DNA of 13,577 nt from Cyanobacteria bacterium J06626_4 (GTDB lineage Bacteria; Cyanobacteriota; Cyanobacteriia; Phormidesmidales; Phormidesmidaceae), in contig JBCBJQ010000135.1 of the NCBI GenBank assembly GCA_038523235.1, forward strand, positions 1 to 13,577, written 5' to 3'. A model generated the notes under the pieces. The model did no database searches. It was given only the letters and a program-made list of their open reading frames with translations, and was not told where the DNA came from. Position numbers and translations under genes: made by a program. How positions within the stretch are numbered: the stretch's first letter is position 1; every line of letters starts with the position of its first letter. This document shows positions 7,633 through 13,577 of this stretch, piece after piece.

Positions 7633-8595
7633 ATGCCTGACTACCCTGGAATCAGCCGCGATGCCTTTCGTCATCCCCTCGACCAGCAGGCCGAAGCGGC
7701 CCTCAGAGCAGTGCCAGGGTTTGACCTAGTCGCGCGTAAGTTTGTCGAATTTATGTACGAGCGCCCCCAGTTTGTGTCGCTCATGGGCAACAACGTGCAG
7801 GTGGGGCCACAGCAGTATGCCACGCTCTATCAGTGGTTTCGCGCCTGTGTGCAGGCCCTTGACGTGCAGCCAGAGCCGACCCTATTCGTCGCGCAAAATC
7901 CCCAGGTCAACAGCTACGCGATCGGCGAAGAGCATCCTTGCATTGTCATCAACACTGGCCTGCTGGATTTGCTTAGCGATGACGAAATTCGCACGGTGAT
8001 GGCCCACGAACTCGGCCATGTGAAATGCGGCCACACCACGCTGACGCAGATGGCGATTTGGGCCATGAATACGGCTACGGTGATTGGCGAACTCACCTTT
8101 GGCATTGGCAATGTGATCAGCACCGGGCTGATTTATGCCTTTTATGAATGGCGACGTATGGCCGAACTGTCGTGCGATCGCGCCGCGCTGCTGGCCACCG
8201 ACGATTGGCAACTGGTAGGCCACACGATGATGCGAGTCGGTGGTGGCAGCAACCGCTTTGCCCATGAGCTCAATTTCGCTGCCTTTGAAGCCCAGGCAGA
8301 AGACTATAAAAATCTGGATGAAGATGGCCTCAGCCAGGTCTACAAGTTTTTGCTCTACAACGGCACCGGCCAAGGCCCGATGCTGAGCCACCCCTTTCCG
8401 GTCGATCGCCTCAGCTATCTCAAGACCTGGGCCAGCTCTGAGGAGTATGCGCAGATTAAGGCAGGCAACTATCGGCGATCGGCTACCGACGGTACTGTGC
8501 CCACTCAGGCTACAAACGGTCGCAATGACGTTGATCGCCTGCGACGCGAACTGGCGGAGCTGCAAGCTGAACTGGATCGGTTGCGGCAGTCGTGA
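7633..8595 (+). CDS. M48 family zinc metallopeptidase
   Basis: HELGH (HExxH), ELSCDRA (third Zn ligand), SHP...R motif and a C-terminal coiled coil. ATG 7633 (MPDYPGISRDAFRHPLD) preferred over the TTG at 7435 because the 66-codon extension looks non-coding. Confidence 0.93.
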   Translation: MPDYPGISRDAFRHPLDQQAEAALRAVPGFDLVARKFVEFMYERPQFVSLMGNNVQVGPQQYATLYQWFRACVQALDVQPEPTLFVAQNPQVNSYAIGEEHPCIVINTGLLDLLSDDEIRTVMAHELGHVKCGHTTLTQMAIWAMNTATVIGELTFGIGNVISTGLIYAFYEWRRMAELSCDRAALLATDDWQLVGHTMMRVGGGSNRFAHELNFAAFEAQAEDYKNLDEDGLSQVYKFLLYNGTGQGPMLSHPFPVDRLSYLKTWASSEEYAQIKAGNYRRSATDGTVPTQATNGRNDVDRLRRELAELQAELDRLRQS

Positions 8596-8701
8596 GGGAA
8601 GCGTAGAGGGTGGAGGGTAGTGGGCTGCGGGTGGAGAAACGGTAGAGGAGCCAGGGGGCTAGGGAGCCGGGGGGCTTAGCAGGCGAACTTAAGCTGCAAG
8701 C

Positions 8702-8885
8702 AGCTCAAGGGGCGTGGTTTGGGAACCTGGGAACCGAGGATAAACCTCCGAGAATCAGGCTGGCGGAGGTTGGCTCAACGTCCGTCAGATCGCGCAAAGC
8801 CTCTGACCGGAGACTTTTACGACCCACCACTCCAGCCCATAGATAACCGAAACTTTCATCGTCCGGAGGGACGCATTGTGGGCGA
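8702..8885 (+). ncRNA. ssrS: Probable 6S RNA (SsrS/SsaA)
   Basis: About 184-nt intergenic rod folded by hand. Closing stem GCUCA..GCGU..UUUGG pairs with CCGGA..ACGC..UGGGC; an A/C-rich central bubble follows; then inner stems GGCUGG/CCAGCC and UCC-GUCAGA/UCUGAC-(C)-GGA. 6S-like motifs GGCGUGGU near the 5' end and ACGACCCACC on the 3' arm. -10-like TAAGCT at 8690-8695 fits a start near 8702. Not verified with Rfam; ends are approximate. Confidence 0.7.
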
Positions 8886-8987
8886 TCGCCCTTAAACAGC
8901 GAACAGCTCCTGCCAGAATCTAATCCCTGCCAAGCGATCGCGGCACACCCCCAAACCCACGAAATTTGACAACATCTTGCGAGGGGC

Positions 8988-9036
8988 GTGGGGAAGTTAG
9001 GTCCCCACATCGGGGGTTTTGGGGGCCTGCCCCCAA
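8988..9036. repeat. Twin GC-rich hairpins (REP-like element)
   Basis: GTGGGGA/TCCCCAC (8988-8994/9002-9008) and TTGGGGGC/GCCCCCAA (9019-9026/9029-9036). Confidence 0.55.
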
Positions 9037-9158
9037 GAGTTCGGGGCTGAGAAGCTGCGGCCTCAACCACAACTTCAACACATGCGGAAAACCTCACCTT
9101 GAATTGACGCTACCATGTCAACAAGAGGAAACAAAAGTTTACGAGAGAGCCGCTGACA

Positions 9159-9425
9159 ATGTTGACTGACCTGACCAGTGCCACCCGCGACTATTGGCGC
9201 AAGCTCGATGCCGTTGAAGCGGCCTATCAGCGCGGTGAGCTATCCCTTCAGGCGGTGGATGCTGAGGTGAAGCAGTTGATGGCTGAGCTAGGCCAAGCGC
9301 GGCGTCAGGCGTTGAGAGACTTTTGGGTCACTTTACAAGTGTTTGTGGGGCAGCAGCGCGAGGCGATCGCTGGCACGGCAGCCATTATGGTTCTTGCCTA
9401 TTTTTGGATAGCCACGGTAGCTTGA
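9159..9425 (+). CDS. Hypothetical protein (88 aa) with a C-terminal transmembrane helix
   Basis: Helical YWRKLDAVEAAYQRGELS...VDAEVKQLMAELG segment (reminiscent of SHOCT-like G.I/LS motifs) and hydrophobic C-terminus; purine-rich GAGAGAG upstream. Confidence 0.75.
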   Translation: MLTDLTSATRDYWRKLDAVEAAYQRGELSLQAVDAEVKQLMAELGQARRQALRDFWVTLQVFVGQQREAIAGTAAIMVLAYFWIATVA

Positions 9426-9611
9426 CCTGACAGGCACTGAGCAACCACTAAATTCTCACCCCCATTCGAACTACCGAATTTCTCGTTCCGAATTCCTAAG
9501 TTCTCTACCTCAATTTTATTTCCCAGCAGATGCGTGTCCACGAATCCGAGCATCTGCCAATCAAGCAGAAGGGCAACTCTTTCCCCAACTTCAACTGTTC
9601 ATTCCTTCGAC

Positions 9612-10401
9612 TTAAGGAACACCTTGCACTGGCAAATGCTGGGTCAACCACTGCTGATGATCAGCCTCAGTCAGTGCTGGAGGGGGGCGATTGGGTGTAA
9701 TCGATGCGCGCGTGATAGCGTCCGAGATCGTAAACGCCATCAAAAATCGGTTGCAGGGAGATCCTGAGGGGGACGTCAGGCGGCTGCAGTGGCAACACAA
9801 TGTCTGACAAGGGCTGCTGCAGACCAAACCCATAGAGATCAGCTTGGGGGCGGCGATCGCTGGGACTCACCAAAATGCGATAGAGCGTTGGCTCCACAGC
9901 GCCAAGCAAGGGCATGGCCTCGCCAGCTCGTAACAGATCAAACTCGATTAAATGGGTCGCACTACCCAATACCTGCGCCCGCTTCTCGGCATAGCTAGTT
10001 CGTCCGCTGCCAGCTCGCTTATTTTTCGGTGACAGTAACTCAATCGCCGTAATCACTGACCCCATCGCCACTTCACGAATTTCCAAATAGCGCTCAATGA
10101 TCGCTTCCGGCACAGGCACTTCTACCGGCTGCGGTTTCACCTGAACGGCAATTGGCCCAGCGATCGCAGTCGGCAGCTGGTCTACTGCAGATGGAGCAGC
10201 CACCACCACATCGGGGATGCCAATGAGCACTCCACCCGCAGAGTCATCTAGGTAGGTACGGGCTTCGACTTCAACGTAATAATCAGCAGACAAATTAGCT
10301 TCGATCGCATCCGCCAGCGCCACCATAAAGCGACTGTGAAAGGATGACCAGAACGCTGGTTGTTCTAGGTAGGGATCCATTCCAGGGAGCGGCGAGGGCA
10401 T
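9612..10401 (-). pseudogene. DUF4058 family protein (PD-(D/E)xK-like) with an apparent C-terminal frameshift; intact frame is 9667-10401
   Basis: MPSPLPGMDPYLE, IPDV, IELLSPKNKR.G.GR..Y..KR, THLIEFDLLR.G and IDY motifs. The frame stops at SPPSSTD*, while a family-like tail PPALTEADHQQWL...* continues in another frame across the G6 run at 9682-9687. Family call is confident (~0.9); pseudogene status is uncertain. Confidence 0.6.
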
Positions 10402-10448
10402 AGCAAAGACTCTCTGGCAGATTTAGCGATCGCGATCACCCCTATTGT

Positions 10449-10508
10449 AATGAGCGCGATCGCGGTCAGATATCACCTCCCCAACCGCGATCGCCTGCGC
10501 CGCTCATT
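10449..10508. repeat. HIP1-containing inverted repeat upstream of DUF4058
   Basis: AATGAGC/GCTCATT (10449-10455/10502-10508) plus GCGATCGCGGT/ACCGCGATCGC (10456-10466/10484-10494). Confidence 0.65.
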
Positions 10509-10595
10509 GAATTCAGAGCTTCAGGGCATTGCTGGCAAATACGGCCTTACTCGTTTTCCCACGATTCCCCCTCTACTCGCTATCCAGCCACTCCT

Positions 10596-11891
10596 CTAGC
10601 GGGCATTCCACTCGGCGGCGGCATCCGTCACGGCCTCATCCACCGTTTTTTGATCCAGCATTGCCGCCTGCAAATTGGTGTAGATGGCCTTTTGCAGCGT
10701 TTTGACATCCTCCATTGCCGGAATCAGCACCTCCGCATCCGCCATTTGGCCTGCACTGACCGATCGCGCCAGCGTCACCGGTTCCGCATCCGCCGGAGGC
10801 TCAGTGAAATAGCTATCCGTCAGCGCCGCCGCTGTGGAAGGCAGCACATTCGCCGCCTTCGCAAAGGACAGCTGATTGTCGTCATTGGTGACATAGAGGG
10901 CAAACTTCAGCGCCGCTTCCGGGGCATCCGTCGATCGCGGAATCACCAGATTCATCACCGCCACGTTCTTTTTGCCCGTATCGCCGGTAATTTGTGCCGC
11001 GCTGGCCGTCGCCGCCGCAATATCCGGCGCATTTTTCTCAATCGTGCTGAGAAACTCTGCCCCCGAGGCCAAAATCGCCGTTTCGCCTGCCTGATACAGC
11101 TCGACCGCACGGCGGTGGCCCTGGGTCAGCACTTCGCGGGGTAGCAGCTCCTGCTGATACAGATCGGTCCAGTATTGAAACACCGCCCGCCCCTCTGGCG
11201 TATCAAAGGCCGCATCCCCGTTTTCATTCACCAAGGGCACGCCCATTTGCACAAACGACTGCAGCACGTCGGCGGCATCTTCCGGCACAAACGAAATAAA
11301 GAAAGCGTACTTGCCCGTCGCTGCCCTGATTTTTTCCGCTGCCACAGCCAGTTCGGCATAGGTGGCCGGGGGCTCTGTCAGGCCCGCTGACTCAAACAGC
11401 GATTGGTTGTACAGCGTCACCCGCGTGGTGAGATACCAGGGCAGGCCAAAACTATCGCCGTTGAGCGTGTTGGCCTGCCAAATTTTGTCGAGATACAGCG
11501 ATTTATCCGCTTCCGGCACGCGATCGCCCAGCGGTAGCCAAGCTTGCTTACCGGCCAGTTGCGAGGCAAAATCTGGGTTCAGATTCACCACGTCAGGAGC
11601 CGTCCCCGCCGACACCGCCGTGAGAATTTTGCTCTGCATGTCACCCCAGGGCACATCCACCCAGCGCACCGTAATGTCAGGGTTTTCCGCTTCAAACTCG
11701 GCAATCAAAGTATTGAAGTAGTCGGTAAAATCGGGCTGCAGCTGCATCGTCCAAAACTCAATCTCTTGAGTCCCCTCAGCCTCAGCCTCGCTCGTCGGGT
11801 TGGGATTGCCACAGCTGATCAGCCAGCTCATGAGCAGGCCCAACATCATGAATAGACTGAAGCGTTTCCAAAAGCGCGTGCGATGAAACAT
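10596..11891 (-). CDS. ABC transporter sugar-type substrate-binding lipoprotein (CUT1/family 1)
   Basis: Lipobox LISC; IEFWTMQL, FEAENPDITVRWVDVPW, APDVVNLN, GLPWY and YN..LF..AG...PP.TY.EL motifs; C-terminal KTVDEAV..A. Confidence 0.93.
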   Translation of the reverse strand: MFHRTRFWKRFSLFMMLGLLMSWLISCGNPNPTSEAEAEGTQEIEFWTMQLQPDFTDYFNTLIAEFEAENPDITVRWVDVPWGDMQSKILTAVSAGTAPDVVNLNPDFASQLAGKQAWLPLGDRVPEADKSLYLDKIWQANTLNGDSFGLPWYLTTRVTLYNQSLFESAGLTEPPATYAELAVAAEKIRAATGKYAFFISFVPEDAADVLQSFVQMGVPLVNENGDAAFDTPEGRAVFQYWTDLYQQELLPREVLTQGHRRAVELYQAGETAILASGAEFLSTIEKNAPDIAAATASAAQITGDTGKKNVAVMNLVIPRSTDAPEAALKFALYVTNDDNQLSFAKAANVLPSTAAALTDSYFTEPPADAEPVTLARSVSAGQMADAEVLIPAMEDVKTLQKAIYTNLQAAMLDQKTVDEAVTDAAAEWNAR

Positions 11892-11919
11892 GGCGAGTAG
11901 GGAGGAGAAGAGTCAACAC

Positions 11920-11951
11920 AAAAGGCGAAATGCAGAATGCAGTGCATTTCG
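11920..11951 (-). terminator. Putative intrinsic terminator after purT
   Basis: Perfect 9-bp stem CGAAATGCA/TGCATTTCG (11926-11934/11943-11951), followed on the minus strand by CCUUUUGUGUU; 12 nt past the purT stop. Confidence 0.55.
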
Positions 11952-11963
11952 GTACATAAAAGC

Positions 11964-13187
11964 CTAAAGCAAAACTTGCACTTTACTCGCACAGGCGATC
12001 GCTCTTTCCTTGGCTTGCTCCACCGTATCGCCGACGGCGAGCGCTACCCCCATGCGCCGATTCGGACGGCAGCGGGGTTTGCCAAACAATCGCAGCTTGC
12101 TGGTGGGCACTTTTAGCGCATCGGCCACCCCGGCATAGCGCGGCTGCTCGCTCTCGCCTGTCGCCAAAATCACGGCGGAAGCCCCCGGCTGCAGCAGAGT
12201 AATTTCGCCAATGGGTAGGCCCGCGATCGCCCGCACATGCAGCTCAAACTCCGACATATTTTGACTCACCATTGTCACCATGCCGGTGTCGTGGGGGCGC
12301 GGACTGACTTCGCTGAAATAGACTTTTTGCGGTGCGTCTGGCGGCCCCGCGATAAACAGTTCAACCCCAAACAGCCCCCAGCCGCCGAGCGCCGCCGTCA
12401 CCTCACCGGCCAGCCGCTGGCATTCCCCTAAAGTGTCAGGATGCAGCGCACAGGGCTGCCAGGATTCGCGGTAGTCGCCATCTTCCTGACGATGGCCAAT
12501 GGGTGGACAAAAGCAGGTGCCATCTTGAGCGCGTACCGTAAGCAGCGTAATCTCGGTGTCAAAGTCAATGAAGCCTTCCACAATAACGCGCTCCGCCTGG
12601 CCTCGACCGGCACGGTAGGCATAGTCCCAAGCGGCGTCAATGGCTTCGGGCGATCGCACCAGGCTTTGCCCCTTGCCCGAGGAACTCATAATCGGCTTCA
12701 CCACGCAGGGCAGACCAATTTTGGCCACCGCCGCCCGGTATTCAGCCAAATTGCCCGCAAACTGGTAAGGCGACGTCGGCAAATGCAGCGTTTCCGCCGC
12801 TAATCGGCGAATGCCTTCGCGATTCATCGTCAGGCGAGTCGCCTGAGCCGTGGGAATCACCGTCCAACCTTCGGCTTCTAAGGCCACCAGAGTATCGGTG
12901 GCGATCGCCTCGACTTCCGGCACGATCAGATGGGGCTGCACTTGCTCAATCACCTGTCGCACCTGGTGGCCATCGAGCATGTTGATCACGCGGGCATGAT
13001 GAGCCACTTGCATAGCCGGTGCGTTCGCATAGGCGTCCACTGCGATCACTTCCAGGCCGAGGCGCAGCGCCTCGATCGCGACTTCCCGCCCTAACTCACC
13101 CGCCCCGAGGAGCAGCAAGCGTTTGGCATCGGCAAGCAACGGCGTTCCCCAGGCGAGCGAATCCGGTTGAGCAGTGGTTTGAGTCAT
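11964..13187 (-). CDS. purT: Formate-dependent phosphoribosylglycinamide formyltransferase
   Basis: [67 protein letters not shown] and RRMGVALA motifs. Confidence 0.98.
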   Translation of the reverse strand: MTQTTAQPDSLAWGTPLLADAKRLLLLGAGELGREVAIEALRLGLEVIAVDAYANAPAMQVAHHARVINMLDGHQVRQVIEQVQPHLIVPEVEAIATDTLVALEAEGWTVIPTAQATRLTMNREGIRRLAAETLHLPTSPYQFAGNLAEYRAAVAKIGLPCVVKPIMSSSGKGQSLVRSPEAIDAAWDYAYRAGRGQAERVIVEGFIDFDTEITLLTVRAQDGTCFCPPIGHRQEDGDYRESWQPCALHPDTLGECQRLAGEVTAALGGWGLFGVELFIAGPPDAPQKVYFSEVSPRPHDTGMVTMVSQNMSEFELHVRAIAGLPIGEITLLQPGASAVILATGESEQPRYAGVADALKVPTSKLRLFGKPRCRPNRRMGVALAVGDTVEQAKERAIACASKVQVLL

Positions 13188-13577
13188 GACATCACACCAA
13201 ATGAGGGCAAATCCAAAGTTTTTTGAGGATTTTTCTTATATTAGTTGGTTCACTTTTCGGAATTGTGTGTAACATCTCAGGTGAATCCATCAGTCTGTTC
13301 GTAATTACGGACAAATAATTGGCAGGAAAAGCGCAGTTTGCTGAGCGACCAAAAGACTCGACTTCTGGTGGCGGGTACTGTTAGCAATTTCTGCATCAGG
13401 TGCAGGGTCTCTATTCACTTTGGGCGTGAATAGATCAAATAAAGTCGATGCGATGATCTACAGGAAAGAGCGCGCTTTATTTTCATATAAAAACGAGCGG
13501 TCGCGTTGGGGTTATCAGGTCAGGTAGTGCGTAGTATCAAACCGCGATCACGGCAAGGGAAAGTCAACTTCCTTAAG

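Larger units (their letters stand above)
189..12908. repeat. Dispersed HIP1 octamers (GCGATCGC), about 29 copies
   Basis: Starts at 189, 436, 970, 1301, 1486, 1723, 2778, 3380, 3705, 3843, 3975, 4445, 5164, 6235, 6490, 8174, 8882, 8934, 9363, 9853, 10160, 10426, 10456, 10487, 11520, 11995, 12223, 12650 and 12901 (manual count). Confidence 0.95.

Noticed and set aside
8881..8914. Fluoride-riboswitch-like look (GGCGAT..CGCC..TAAAC..GC..GCT..CCTGC)
   Set aside because: Lacks the GGnGUU loop and the AUGAC pseudoknot partner; the resemblance comes from a HIP1 site, and no fluoride-related gene follows.
8620..8990. Viroid-like/hammerhead or HEARO/omegaRNA interpretation of the rod
   Set aside because: No CUGAnGA hammerhead core seen on either strand; only isolated short matches to HEARO (TTAAACAG, AACAT..GCGAGG); no IscB/TnpB gene nearby.
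8705..9169. ORFs 8705-9097 (-) and 8966-9169 (+)
   Set aside because: They overlap the probable 6S RNA and GC hairpins; composition is not protein-like.
13266..13281. CRP-like site TGTGT-N6-TCAGG
   Set aside because: Only 7 of 10 consensus positions match; likely chance in AT-rich DNA.
1..13577. CRISPR array, tRNA/rRNA, transposase, integrase, retron or defence operon
   Set aside because: No regularly spaced repeats, cloverleaf, reverse transcriptase or recombinase motifs were found by eye.

Overview
This is a chromosomal segment from a cyanobacterium. About 29 HIP1 octamers (GCGATCGC, counted by eye), an EF-hand transaldolase and cyanobacterial-type hypothetical proteins support that; the fairly GC-rich coding sequence suggests a Leptolyngbya/Nodosilinea-like strain (inference). 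It holds 14 supportable CDSs, mostly unrelated housekeeping or accessory genes: a carbon-nitrogen hydrolase, a HIT protein, a fibrillin-like protein, tal, a 2TM protein, a 54-aa small protein, an LprI lipoprotein, a secreted hypothetical protein, trmB, a DUF938 methyltransferase, an M48 peptidase, an 88-aa hypothetical protein, a sugar ABC substrate-binding protein and purT. A fifteenth gene, DUF4058, has a C-terminal homopolymer frameshift. A probable 6S RNA gene (~8702-8885) is not shown by the ORF track. I found no transposase, integrase, CRISPR array, tRNA/rRNA or clear multi-gene novel system. The most interesting signals are non-coding: a promoter bracketed by two copies of a 16-bp palindromic operator upstream of the 2TM gene, a highly structured 6S neighbourhood, and the DUF4058 frameshift with a HIP1-built inverted repeat upstream.
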